From positions 1 to 39,547 of the forward strand of contig JBLHOD010000001.1 of the NCBI GenBank assembly GCA_047622545.1: a DNA stretch of 39,547 bases. The letters run 5' to 3'. The notes below the pieces were generated by a model, which saw only the letters and a program-made list of their open reading frames with translations, made no database searches and was not told where the DNA came from. The stretch is from Polaribacter sp. GTDB lineage: Bacteria; Bacteroidota; Bacteroidia; Flavobacteriales; Flavobacteriaceae. A program made the translations under genes and the position numbers. Shown here piece after piece: positions 25,587 through 34,933 of this stretch; the first letter of the stretch is position 1, and every line of letters starts with the position of its first letter.

Positions 25587-26194
25587 TATTCCTTTTTTTG
25601 AATTTTCATAAATTTACTTTCTCCACATTCATCAAAAACTTTGGCTGTAAATTGTTTCTTTCCTAAAAATGTTGTTTTTAAACCTAGAAATTTCCATTCT
25701 CTACGCTCCCAATACGCAACAGCATCAGATTTATTGTTAAATGTTTTTTCGGTGAATACAACCTTTAAAGAATCGTTTTTGTATTCTACAAATCCTTTAT
25801 TTGTTTGGCATTTTGTACTGTCGACAAAAGGAGTTTTGGCGGGAATTTTTTTATTGATTGATTCTAATAATTTAGAAACATCAATTTCGTTTTTATCAGT
25901 ATCTCTATAGTTTAAAGTTTGAGAAACTATAGATTGAATTCTATTTAATTTTATATTATTTTCCTCAAGCTTTTTATTTAGTCCTGGATTATCATATTCT
26001 AAATAATCTTTGATTTCATCTGAAGATAATGACTGAGTTGTAAATCTTAAACTATCTGCCTTTCTTAATTGAACTGCATTTTCTGATTGTCTTTTATTTT
26101 CTGCAACTTGATAGCTGTAATCTTTATAGAACCAAACAACCACAATTATTAAAAGCATAAATCCTATTTGACGAATGTTATTTAATGCGATCAT
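25586..26194 (-). CDS. Membrane-anchored lysis-module protein (spanin-like position)
   Basis: N-terminal TM helix then coiled region; follows the endolysin. Confidence 0.55.
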   Translation of the reverse strand: MIALNNIRQIGFMLLIIVVVWFYKDYSYQVAENKRQSENAVQLRKADSLRFTTQSLSSDEIKDYLEYDNPGLNKKLEENNIKLNRIQSIVSQTLNYRDTDKNEIDVSKLLESINKKIPAKTPFVDSTKCQTNKGFVEYKNDSLKVVFTEKTFNNKSDAVAYWERREWKFLGLKTTFLGKKQFTAKVFDECGESKFMKIQKKE

Positions 26195-26195
26195 A

Positions 26196-26720
26196 CTAAG
26201 CTACTTTTAAAGTTTGTGTGCATTTTTTTAAATCAACAACTCTAATCGTATTAGGTTGTACATTTAATGTATGAATATCCATGTGTAACCAACCTTTTGT
26301 TATTGATGGATCCTCAAGCCTTCTTAACCCTAAATTGTAAAATTCCTTGATATTGTCTTTTACAATTTTAAACATTGCTTCTTCATCGCCTTTTGGGTCA
26401 ATTGCTCTACCAAGTTTATGAGCTGAAAGTTTAGCTCCAATTCTACATTTAATAGAACGGAAACCACTCCATTTTGAATAGTATGAAGCTTCTATTTTTT
26501 TTATTAACCACTCATTAGACTTTTCGGAATTAGCTGCATAAAAAGCCCACCAATTATTAATTCTTAATGGTTTTCCAAGTTTTTCACGCATTAAATCTGC
26601 TATTTTAAATAGGCTATTGTCTATTTTTGAAATACCTCTATCGTTTTCTGTGAAGTATGTAAAAGGATCTACAAACTCGTCTAAATGAAAGTGTTTTGAA
26701 ACTTTTATTCTTTCTACCAT
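26196..26720 (-). CDS. Endolysin, peptidase M15-like
   Basis: HFHLDEFV, SGFR, SAHKLGRAID, WLHMD Zn-peptidase motifs. Confidence 0.85.
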   Translation of the reverse strand: MVERIKVSKHFHLDEFVDPFTYFTENDRGISKIDNSLFKIADLMREKLGKPLRINNWWAFYAANSEKSNEWLIKKIEASYYSKWSGFRSIKCRIGAKLSAHKLGRAIDPKGDEEAMFKIVKDNIKEFYNLGLRRLEDPSITKGWLHMDIHTLNVQPNTIRVVDLKKCTQTLKVA

Positions 26721-27031
26721 TATTTCTTCTTTTTTAATTTGTTGAAAATTTTATCTTCTTTAACCTTTGTTATCATTAGAAATAATATCAAAACATTGAA
26801 AATTGTTTCGATTGCATTAATATCTAAAAAATTCTTTTCATCGTTATAAATAAAAGCATGTTTGAAAAATGAAACACTCATAAAAAGTGAGAAAAATGTT
26901 AATATTATATAGGCAGATTTTCTGCAAATACTACGCTCTTTTTGGTCTGTTGTTTTAATAAAAAATGCAAAAAACAAACACCCAAAAACTATCCAATTAA
27001 TTATCAGTATCATCTTTTCCATTTTTATCAA
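26720..27031 (-). CDS. Three-TM holin-like protein
   Basis: Three hydrophobic helices and a basic C-terminus, upstream of the endolysin. Confidence 0.6.
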   Translation of the reverse strand: MIKMEKMILIINWIVFGCLFFAFFIKTTDQKERSICRKSAYIILTFFSLFMSVSFFKHAFIYNDEKNFLDINAIETIFNVLILFLMITKVKEDKIFNKLKKKK

Positions 27032-27317
27032 TTGTTTTGGTTAGTTTTCTAACCGCTGTTTTTAAAAATTCCTCTAATCCATACGCGACTATTACAGTAG
27101 CTAGAAGAGTCATTTTAATAGATAGGTTAAAATATTCCATTACAGCTGGCATTAAAAAAAATGCAACTATGACAGAACCAAGTATTTTACCTATTAGGAT
27201 TGTTCGTTTAATTGATTCCTTATGCTCTGTAGAAAATAAAGCATAAAATGTCGTAGAAATTGAAGCTAAAAAAATGAATATTTGATTAACAAATTCTGAA
27301 TTAAAATTATCTTTCAT
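26997..27317 (-). CDS. Holin-like membrane protein (start probably ATG 27317)
   Basis: Three TM segments; first gene after late promoter 1. Confidence 0.65.
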   Translation of the reverse strand: MKDNFNSEFVNQIFIFLASISTTFYALFSTEHKESIKRTILIGKILGSVIVAFFLMPAVMEYFNLSIKMTLLATVIVAYGLEEFLKTAVRKLTKTIDKNGKDDTDN

Positions 27318-27339
27318 TATGTAGTTCTTTAATATAGCT

Positions 27340-27378
27340 CGAAAGTAAAGCAATATTATATCCTAGTGTGTGACATGG
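27340..27378 (-). promoter_or_regulatory. Putative phage late promoter 1
   Basis: - strand CCATGTCACAC-N20-TACTTTCG. Confidence 0.7.
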
Positions 27379-27923
27379 TTTGAAGCATAATTTAAAACCT
27401 GGTTCGAAGATTGAACCTGAAATCTTGATAAAATTTTAGTTTTTTTTTGACGGTAATAAAGGCCTCTTAATGTTTCATTGTCGAAACCACAATCTAATAA
27501 TTCATAATCATCTATAAATGAATTTATGGCGTCTCTAACTTCTAAGCCAGAACGAACAGAACCATTGATAAAAAAGACAAAGGAAACTCTGAACATGTCT
27601 TCTAACAAATCATTAAAATGCTTTGCTTTTTTTGTTTCCAATAACAAAGGAGATTTTACACCTTCTTGATCAATATAAAGAAGTCCGGAATATTGAAAGG
27701 TTTTCTTTTTTTCTAAGGATAGAAATAACAAAAACTGATCTTGCTTATCTCTCTTTCTTTTATAATTAATTAGTTCATATAAATATTTTGCAATAGAAGA
27801 TGACGGTAAAAAACGTACATACATAACTTTTCTTCCCTCATATGAAGCTTCTATTCCGTTGAATTCTTTCATGAAGAAAGAAACTAAGTGAGGTCTAATA
27901 TTTGTATGAACTAATTCTTGCAT
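27363..27923 (-). CDS. Hypothetical protein, candidate late-gene activator
   Basis: C-terminal HTH-like DAINSFIDDYEL..FDNETLRGLYYR; lies immediately upstream of the late operons. Confidence 0.5.
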   Translation of the reverse strand: MQELVHTNIRPHLVSFFMKEFNGIEASYEGRKVMYVRFLPSSSIAKYLYELINYKRKRDKQDQFLLFLSLEKKKTFQYSGLLYIDQEGVKSPLLLETKKAKHFNDLLEDMFRVSFVFFINGSVRSGLEVRDAINSFIDDYELLDCGFDNETLRGLYYRQKKTKILSRFQVQSSNQVLNYASNHVTH

Positions 27924-28008
27924 TAAGAAGGAATATTAAATTGTTTTGAGTAATAAAAACCGCCAATTAACCGGGTAATTTTATGTGTTACATAATTTTT
28001 TATTGTTT

Positions 28009-28302
28009 TTAATTACCACCAAATTTATGTGATGGTGATGATGGTGTTACTATTTTATCTGAAATGATTTCTTGTTCACACATAATATCGAAATGAAATC
28101 CATCAAGATAAGTTGGTTCAGTTATTATGTTACCATCATTATCCATTTCTCCTGGTGTTTCAACTATTCGACCAATATCTACAATTGCGTGCACACCTTC
28201 TTGGTTACAAACTTCATCTTCAATTAATCGTGTTAAATTTTCATTTTGAAAGAAACTAACTCCTTCTTCTTTTGTGCTAAATCTTAATTTGTATATGTTC
28301 AT
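28009..28302 (-). CDS. Small acidic phage protein (fibre-associated)
   Basis: Follows the fibre-like gene; D.DGNIITEP..LDGFH motif. Confidence 0.6.
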   Translation of the reverse strand: MNIYKLRFSTKEEGVSFFQNENLTRLIEDEVCNQEGVHAIVDIGRIVETPGEMDNDGNIITEPTYLDGFHFDIMCEQEIISDKIVTPSSPSHKFGGN

Positions 28303-28306
28303 AGTT

Positions 28307-29398
28307 TTATAATATATTCTGCATTACCACTGATTTGATTCGACCATTCGGCATGGTGTAAGTTGCTGGTATTGTTGTTAAAACCTGCGTCGTATTGTCT
28401 TTAAAAGTTGTTGTTATTTTTAAAGTACCAGGTGGTGGAATTACAGTTGCTAAATCCTGATTTATTGTTACTTGAGCTGTTGTTGTTGGAATTATTGATG
28501 TAGCTCCTGTTCCTAACTCTACTTGAGCACCCCATAGATAACAAGCATCTACGCCAACTAAATTTTGAAATGATTGATATCTACCTCCATTTACATTATT
28601 CGTTGGATAAATCTCATTTGTTGTCACCGCAGATGCGGTTGCAGTTGCAGAGATGGAAATTCTGTACCAACCATTCCCATAATTTTCTACTTTAGGTGAA
28701 CCTGCTCCTCCTTGATTTCCAATAGTTCCGTTAGCAATATTAAAATTTGCCCAAGTATCAATTGAAAAAGCGGTAGATTGCAATAGCAATTGCATCCAAT
28801 CTTGTTCTGCTTTTTTAACAAATACAGAAAATGTATAAGTCAAACCAGCGGTATAATTTATTAAGTTATATAATCTATGTCTAGTCGATGAAGCATCAAC
28901 CTCTATTGATAATAAATCAGCATCTAAAAAACCATTTGGTGATGTAAGCACATTTGATGTAATAACAATATTGGAGTTCGCTGCCCAATTAGCAAAATCA
29001 GCATACCTTGTGGTTAAATTAGTCCTTTGAGGTTCGATTAAAATACTTGGGCAGCCTCCGCCAGTGTAATCTATTTTTATTACATCTAGATCAACGGTTT
29101 CTATTAATCCATTAGGATTTACTCTTGTATCAGTTGTATTTCTAACAACGTTTAAATCACCATTTCCACTAGAAGGAACGACTGATAATAATTTATTTTT
29201 TTTATAAGAATTGGCGGTTACTATTAGGCTTGATTTATCTAATAGCCCAGAATTATCAATAGTAGTCAAAAAATCAAAAAGACAATTTTCTGTTTCAAAG
29301 AAAGCGTAATTTAAAAATATCCTTTCTTTGAAATTATTTATAATTGTTTGTATCTGTCCAGAACCTCTCGATTTTATATATAAATTTCTATTATTCAT
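28307..29398 (-). CDS. Head-spike/fibre-like protein with a carbohydrate-binding-like domain
   Basis: TRVNPNGLIE, LIEPQRTNL, YTFSVFVK, NGWYRIS, YLWGAQVE..ATSIIPTT motifs typical of phage fibre/spike proteins. Confidence 0.75.
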   Translation of the reverse strand: MNNRNLYIKSRGSGQIQTIINNFKERIFLNYAFFETENCLFDFLTTIDNSGLLDKSSLIVTANSYKKNKLLSVVPSSGNGDLNVVRNTTDTRVNPNGLIETVDLDVIKIDYTGGGCPSILIEPQRTNLTTRYADFANWAANSNIVITSNVLTSPNGFLDADLLSIEVDASSTRHRLYNLINYTAGLTYTFSVFVKKAEQDWMQLLLQSTAFSIDTWANFNIANGTIGNQGGAGSPKVENYGNGWYRISISATATASAVTTNEIYPTNNVNGGRYQSFQNLVGVDACYLWGAQVELGTGATSIIPTTTAQVTINQDLATVIPPPGTLKITTTFKDNTTQVLTTIPATYTMPNGRIKSVVMQNIL

Positions 29399-30902
29399 AA
29401 CTAATATTTAAGTTTACAACTCCCTCAGAGTCTGAGTTAATTGTTATTAAGGCTCCTTGGTTTATTGGTTCTCCTAAATCATAAGAATTCGCATCTTGTA
29501 AAATAGTAAGCGTTGGTGTTCCCTTTATATTAGTAATTGAATTAATCTTTATGTTTTCTGGGGCATAAAAATAATTTTTCAAAGTAGAATCTAATTCAAC
29601 AGTCACAACTCCAAAAACACTTTGTTGGTTAACCCAACCTCTGGTAGCAACCATTCCACTTTCTCCAAACTGAATATTAATATCAGATGTTAGGTTGTCT
29701 GTTGTAATGTTTACTCCAATATCTGCTTGATTAGGATTAGAGGAAATTTTAATTGCGTTTCTAGTAAAGAATATTCGATTTCTTCTCAATAATGCGTCTG
29801 CATAACTTTTAACATCTGACATTAAATTTAAAAAACCACCTGAAATTGTTCCAGAAGAATTGCGAAATTTAACTCCAAGACTTGTGTTTTTTACAGTACT
29901 CGATATGATAGCAAAACCATCTTTGTCTAAATATATTGAAGAAACAAAATCGTTTGCCGTATCTGAGGCAGAATAAATAAAATTCTCATTCGAAAATTCT
30001 AAATAAGCGTTATTATCTGATGAGCTCCAATAACCACCTTTATCTATAACGTTTTGAAGGTCTTGTGATTCCCAGCTACGAAAAACCTCTTCAACTTCTA
30101 CATTTTTAAATCTTAAAAAAATAATTTCATTGGCTGGAATAATTACTGATATTTCATTTTTTAGAAGAATTGGAAACTCTATTCCAGCAATATCGTTATG
30201 TTTTATTTCAACTGCATTTCCTGTTAAGTTTTGCAAATAAATAGACTTTCCTTCATACGGATATTCACTACCCGATGTTAATAATGTAAAATCAAAACCC
30301 GATATTGAAGTTAAACCTGGATTAGTAAGTGAAATAAATGATTTTCCATTTGGTAACAATGGAATTGAAACAGAAGCTCCCGAACCATTGAAAACATAAG
30401 TATCTGAAAAAACTTTTTTAATATACTCTCCTCCAACCATAGGAACTGTTGGATTCCCGATCGAAGCTTCATCTACCAAGACAATTGTATAATCTAACTG
30501 ATCAACTTCTTTATTCGGAACTGCTGGAGAAGTATCACTTTCTTCACCAACTATTAATTCGAAAGTATTATTGGTATTTAATACTATTCTATAAAAAACT
30601 TTCATTCCTGCAGAAGCCAAAGCAATAGGAATTCCTACTAATAATGTATTACTGTATTGTTGTCCGTTAATATTCCAAACAGTATCGGGATTAGCTTTAA
30701 AAATTCCATTTTCAATTTCGAATCCTTTATCATCAATTATTTTATCAGATTCAGAAGTACTATTTAATAATAGAAAATTAATTCTATCTCTGATTTGATT
30801 AATTTGTTCGGCATTCAAATAGTATTTTAATCCGAATTGCTGAAACCAAGCTTCTAGCTCTGGAGAATTGATTTTATCTTCCCAATCTAAAGAATTGCTC
30901 AT
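29391..30902 (-). CDS. Putative structural/fibre protein
   Basis: 503-aa beta-rich ORF in the same operon; QDLQNVIDKG motif. Confidence 0.6.
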   Translation of the reverse strand: MSNSLDWEDKINSPELEAWFQQFGLKYYLNAEQINQIRDRINFLLLNSTSESDKIIDDKGFEIENGIFKANPDTVWNINGQQYSNTLLVGIPIALASAGMKVFYRIVLNTNNTFELIVGEESDTSPAVPNKEVDQLDYTIVLVDEASIGNPTVPMVGGEYIKKVFSDTYVFNGSGASVSIPLLPNGKSFISLTNPGLTSISGFDFTLLTSGSEYPYEGKSIYLQNLTGNAVEIKHNDIAGIEFPILLKNEISVIIPANEIIFLRFKNVEVEEVFRSWESQDLQNVIDKGGYWSSSDNNAYLEFSNENFIYSASDTANDFVSSIYLDKDGFAIISSTVKNTSLGVKFRNSSGTISGGFLNLMSDVKSYADALLRRNRIFFTRNAIKISSNPNQADIGVNITTDNLTSDINIQFGESGMVATRGWVNQQSVFGVVTVELDSTLKNYFYAPENIKINSITNIKGTPTLTILQDANSYDLGEPINQGALITINSDSEGVVNLNISYE

Positions 30903-31402
30903 GGTGTTGTAATTAAATTTAATGGAATAAAGACTGGTAATCCAAACACATTAAAGTTTGGAGTATATCCAGATGCAAATATTGATGAACTCTCAAAAGT
31001 GAATTCAGCTAACTGATGATTTTGTTTAATTGTTCTTTTTGGTTTTGAATTCTGATTGATATCATTCCTTCCTATAACTATATCTAAACCGTTGGTTTGT
31101 TTTAGTTTAATAAATTTAGCATTCATTAATAAAGCAATTCTATCAGCTCTATAAGGATCAGAATTTGGAAAACGAAATACTGCTTTTTGTTTATATGAAG
31201 TTCCTGCTTTACTTTCAGTACTTTCTTCAGAAAAATCAATTGATGATAATGAGGCATATACTTTTTGAAAATCAGTATTTTCAAATTGTGAATTATAGAA
31301 AGGCTGCCATCCTTCAATAACAGAATGAAGTGCATCACCTTGAAAAGCTAATTCAACGCCACATAAATTTATATTAGAAAGAACTCTATCAAGCAGTTGC
31401 AT
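30899..31402 (-). CDS. Phage hypothetical (probable structural) protein
   Basis: First gene of the operon, 4-bp overlap with the next gene. Confidence 0.7.
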   Translation of the reverse strand: MQLLDRVLSNINLCGVELAFQGDALHSVIEGWQPFYNSQFENTDFQKVYASLSSIDFSEESTESKAGTSYKQKAVFRFPNSDPYRADRIALLMNAKFIKLKQTNGLDIVIGRNDINQNSKPKRTIKQNHQLAEFTFESSSIFASGYTPNFNVFGLPVFIPLNLITTP

Positions 31403-31433
31403 AACATTTTATGTTTTCACGAAGATATAAAAA

Positions 31434-31453
31434 GTTTATCTATTTTGATAAAG
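31434..31453. promoter_or_regulatory. Third copy of the prophage B operator palindrome
   Basis: GTTTATCTATTTTGATAAAG matches GTTTATCAAATTTGATAAAC at 17/20 positions. Confidence 0.65.
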
Positions 31454-31509
31454 TTTTTTGTTTAAAATAATCAAAAACGATAAGTAATTTTCTAAAAAGT
31501 TCATTAAAA

Positions 31510-31775
31510 AAGTGTAATTCTGTAATTTTTAGTTTTCATAGCTTGTTAAGTACTGTAAAATATAGGTTTTTTAAGTTACAACCGTTTTGTAATTTGGGAA
31601 GAAAAGAAAAATGTAAAATTGTACGGTTACTTTTAATTACATTTTTTTTGTAATTTATATTACAAAATTACATTTAAATTGTAATTAATTTTCATAGCAT
31701 TTTCAACACATTCCATCGTATATTACAAAATTACAGTTTTTTATATGTTTATAAGAAAGGGGAGGGAGGAGGGGA
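31510..31775. repeat. TGTAA(T)/(A)TTACA repeat cluster, putative origin of prophage B
   Basis: More than ten TGTAA/TTACA units in both orientations in an AT-rich non-coding tract, ending in a GGGGAGGGAGGAGGGG block. Confidence 0.55.
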
Positions 31776-32022
31776 AACATGAGGCACATATACGCGACCT
31801 TTTCGCTAGAATGGATAAAGAATATATTTGTAATGTGTAAGTGCTGGAAAAGGCTTATTTCTACTTGAAATAAAAGGAGTAGAGCCTACTATCTTCTTTT
31901 AATTTCTGAATAATGGAATCCTGGTGAATGCTTATCTGTGAAATTGAGAATTTCTTGATATCAGCATTGTATGTTAGATTGATTCCAACGGATCCAATGG
32001 TTCTAGCATGATGTAAAAACAC

Positions 32023-32050
32023 AAAACCCCGCTTTTAAACGAGGTTTTTG
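32023..32050. terminator. Probable terminator of the early operon of prophage B
   Basis: CAAAACCCCG...CGAGGTTTTTG imperfect stem flanked by A/T runs. Confidence 0.5.
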
Positions 32051-32199
32051 TTGGAATTTTCAGGAATTTATAGGAATTCCGATAATTCCGATTGTTAATT
32101 TTTACTTTTTTTTATTCTCAATTTGACACTTAGTTCATGGCTTCCTAATCTTACAACATTGCTTTAAAAGCCATCGTTAAAATTATGCTGAAAACTTAT

Positions 32200-32460
32200 T
32201 TAAACTATTAATTTTACTTGTTTAGTGAACTTGTTTTTAAAATCATCGATATCAATACAAGAAGTACTAATTGATTTTGGTTCATTGTTTACTTTAAAAC
32301 TTATTAGAATAGAACTTTGATTGTCATCTACTATCATGTAAATCTTTGAGGCAATTGGAAAATCATTTTCTACTAAAATATCTGATGCTATTTTCTTGAT
32401 TTGATTTGGTGTTAAGTCATGCATGTTATATGAAGTTCTGAGGTTTATCAATTTTTTCAA
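32200..32460 (-). CDS. Hypothetical protein
   Basis: Last ORF of the early operon; start may be ATG 32424. Confidence 0.55.
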   Translation of the reverse strand: MKKLINLRTSYNMHDLTPNQIKKIASDILVENDFPIASKIYMIVDDNQSSILISFKVNNEPKSISTSCIDIDDFKNKFTKQVKLIV

Positions 32461-33148
32461 ATTCTATAACCCAAACGAATGGGTTTAAAATCCAAGAATC
32501 ATCACCATTAATTGAAATCCATAATGAGCGAAATGAATTTATAGGATTAAAAAAAGGTGTTGGATATTTATCTCTGTAATCTTTGTATAAATCAAAGCCA
32601 TTTCTATTTTTTCCAAAACATTCAACTCCTTCAGCAATTGCGTCACTTTCTGAAATATCATTTAACCTTTCGACTCTTACATTTGTTACTTTTAGAAAAA
32701 TTCTACATGCTTCTTTTGGCATGTGAATGGATGGCCTTTTTTTACCTCTATTTAATGGCTGTTTTATAGAGCTATTTTGAATATCAGCTTTGTAAAATAT
32801 TTCAACATTACAATTAATTAATAATCTTGGATTCCAATGATTATAATTACTAGCAGTATAAAATGATTCTCTAACCCAAAGAATATCACCTTTTTTCCCG
32901 AAAGGGCATAATATATCTAAGTAAACATCTGATAAACTCTTAAATCCTAAAATGAGCTTTTCATCTCTTGTATATAATGCTGAATTGTTGTCATCAGGAT
33001 TATCGAAAGTTGTAAGTAACTTCCAGTTTTCTGGATTTTTATTAATTTCATTTAATCTATTAGTTCGCCTAGTTTGTGTTTTTCTACCTTCTAAAATGGC
33101 ATTAACCATATCAGTTGAAAATAGAATAGGTATGAATTTTTGTGTCAT
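32426..33148 (-). CDS. Phage ASCH/PUA-related protein
   Basis: PILFSTDMVNAILEGRKTQTRR, GDILWVRE, PSIHMP, VRVERLNDIS..AIAEG, NPFVWVIEF. Confidence 0.82.
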   Translation of the reverse strand: MTQKFIPILFSTDMVNAILEGRKTQTRRTNRLNEINKNPENWKLLTTFDNPDDNNSALYTRDEKLILGFKSLSDVYLDILCPFGKKGDILWVRESFYTASNYNHWNPRLLINCNVEIFYKADIQNSSIKQPLNRGKKRPSIHMPKEACRIFLKVTNVRVERLNDISESDAIAEGVECFGKNRNGFDLYKDYRDKYPTPFFNPINSFRSLWISINGDDSWILNPFVWVIEFEKIDKPQNFI

Positions 33149-33166
33149 TGTGTGTGTTTTAAGTGA

Positions 33167-33403
33167 TTAAAATATTAAGTTGAATACTATTGTTGCAATT
33201 ACTCCAATAATGAAATACAAGAGCCTCAATACTCTTAAATCTCGCTTGTATAAGTATTGCATACTTCTAATTGAAAATTGCTCGCATATTGCGAATAACT
33301 CTCTGCCATTTGCACCAATTGATATTTGATCAATGTGCGTTACGCGTTCACCACCTTTCTGGTTGATGATATCGCAAAGGATTTTTTTTGGTGTCATTTT
33401 CAT
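33167..33403 (-). CDS. Small protein with a C-terminal TM helix
   Basis: In-operon ORF. Confidence 0.55.
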   Translation of the reverse strand: MKMTPKKILCDIINQKGGERVTHIDQISIGANGRELFAICEQFSIRSMQYLYKRDLRVLRLLYFIIGVIATIVFNLIF

Positions 33404-33429
33404 TTATATTTTTTTAAAATTTGGCCTGT

Positions 33430-33570
33430 TTAAAAAAGTTTTTTACAAATAGTACATTCGGTAACTTCTATAGTGAGAATGGACCAATTAACTTCACCAG
33501 ACTTTTTTACTTTCCTTTTTTTATGTATTCCTATTTTGCATAAGAGCTTACTAAACTTGTGGAACTTCAT
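33430..33570 (-). CDS. 46-aa Zn-binding-like phage protein (below the ORF-track cutoff)
   Basis: MKFHKFSKLLCKIGIH...ECTICKKLF*; fills the operon gap. Confidence 0.45.
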   Translation of the reverse strand: MKFHKFSKLLCKIGIHKKRKVKKSGEVNWSILTIEVTECTICKKLF

Positions 33571-33778
33571 TAACTTTAGTTTTTATTGGTTCTTCTAGCA
33601 ATCCATAGAAATCATTGTTTCCGCATTCTGGACATGTTAAGTCGAATACTTTTAATTCATGACGTCTAGTTTCTTTTTCTACTTTTTCTTCATCTGTTCC
33701 TTCCCATTTGCATTTTTGATCGCAACATTGATACGCTTTAGGAGTTTCTCCTTTTCTTGAAAATTTTCTTTTTGCCAT
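33551..33778 (-). CDS. Small Zn-ribbon protein (start probably ATG 33778)
   Basis: CCDQKC.W.G ... CPECG. Confidence 0.65.
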   Translation of the reverse strand: MAKRKFSRKGETPKAYQCCDQKCKWEGTDEEKVEKETRRHELKVFDLTCPECGNNDFYGLLEEPIKTKVNEVPQV

Positions 33779-33800
33779 TGTGTTTTTATTTAAGTGATTA

Positions 33801-34373
33801 TTATGCGGTTTTTTGTATTTCAATTTGTTCAAACTTTTGCTTTTTATAAGGAACGAAAATCGAACCTTCAGCAATTTTGGTTTTAATAGAATCAATATTT
33901 GTATAAGGACTTATAAAAAATGGTCCTTGAATAGCATTATATTTCATTTGTTCTAATTTAGAATCTGAATTAACTTTAAAAGTTCCTTGATGATTCTCAG
34001 GAGACATTAGATAGTAAATTGTATTCATCGCTAGAAAATTAGCTCCTTCAAACAAATCAAATTCATCGGCAGTTCTTATATACATTTTGAATATCAATTC
34101 TGCATTAGTATCATCAGCTATTAATTTATATATCAAATTATTGGCTACTAATATTTCAACTTCTTTTTTATAATATTTTTTGTTTCTTGTTACTTCATAA
34201 GAATGTAAATGTGTATTTACATTCTGAAGCTTATAGGTTCCGTAAAAATTAAGTGTTCCAATGTTCTTTATGAAAAACAAAGTGTTTTCAGTAAATTGTC
34301 CTGTGTGCGAAATAATATCAGATTTCACGCATTTTTGTAATCTTCCTGGTATTGTAAAAAACTTTGTTTCCAT
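33801..34373 (-). CDS. Hypothetical phage protein
   Basis: 190-aa in-operon ORF. Confidence 0.7.
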   Translation of the reverse strand: METKFFTIPGRLQKCVKSDIISHTGQFTENTLFFIKNIGTLNFYGTYKLQNVNTHLHSYEVTRNKKYYKKEVEILVANNLIYKLIADDTNAELIFKMYIRTADEFDLFEGANFLAMNTIYYLMSPENHQGTFKVNSDSKLEQMKYNAIQGPFFISPYTNIDSIKTKIAEGSIFVPYKKQKFEQIEIQKTA

Positions 34374-34378
34374 GGTTC

Positions 34379-34546
34379 TTAATTTTGAAGTTTATCTAAT
34401 ATTATATTTGAAAGTCTGTGTAAAAAATCACTTCCTTTCATAAAATTATTATCTATATCCCAGAAGAAAGCAGCACATACAACTTCAAATTCTTCTATGT
34501 TTTTACAGTTCATGAATATTTCAATTATTTCTAGTTTAGTGTACAT
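34379..34546 (-). CDS. 55-aa hypothetical protein (below the ORF-track cutoff)
   Basis: MYTKLEIIEIFMNC...DKLQN*; fills the gap between 34536 and 34373. Confidence 0.45.
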   Translation of the reverse strand: MYTKLEIIEIFMNCKNIEEFEVVCAAFFWDIDNNFMKGSDFLHRLSNIILDKLQN

Positions 34547-34922
34547 AATTATCAAGATTAATTATTGTACATCTTCTAAATAAAGAACTATCATATTGCA
34601 TATATTTTGATAATTGAATACTAGATGTAATATTTATGATTATTTGCTCTATGTGTTTATCAAATGGAATCTTTCCTCTTTTGTTTATAGTTATTTTCTC
34701 AAAAGTTGAAAACATTGCATACTCTAATTTATCTATAGGTAAATCATCAATTATTAAACTTTTAGTATTTTCTTTTATACAAGAAAATTCAAAATGTGAA
34801 TGTTTTAATGTTGATCCTTGTATGTGTATTTGTTCATCCTCTAAGAAAACATTTGCTAGCTGTTTTGAAAGGATTGTTTTTCCGGTATTTCTTTTTCCTG
34901 TAATTAAAATTATTCTTCTCAT
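34536..34922 (-). CDS. Stand-alone SF3-helicase-like P-loop domain
   Basis: GKRNTGKT Walker A, LIIDD Walker B, INKRG..PF, SLFRR. Confidence 0.7.
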   Translation of the reverse strand: MRRIILITGKRNTGKTILSKQLANVFLEDEQIHIQGSTLKHSHFEFSCIKENTKSLIIDDLPIDKLEYAMFSTFEKITINKRGKIPFDKHIEQIIINITSSIQLSKYMQYDSSLFRRCTIINLDNYVH

Positions 34923-34933
34923 GGTTACTTTTT

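Noticed and set aside
27983-27993. GTGTTACAT as a fourth late-promoter box
   Set aside because: Mismatched to the 11-mer, with no -7-like box at the 20-nt spacing.
28307-30902. Diversity-generating retroelement or invertible fibre locus
   Set aside because: No reverse transcriptase or invertase, and no template/variable repeat pair noticed.
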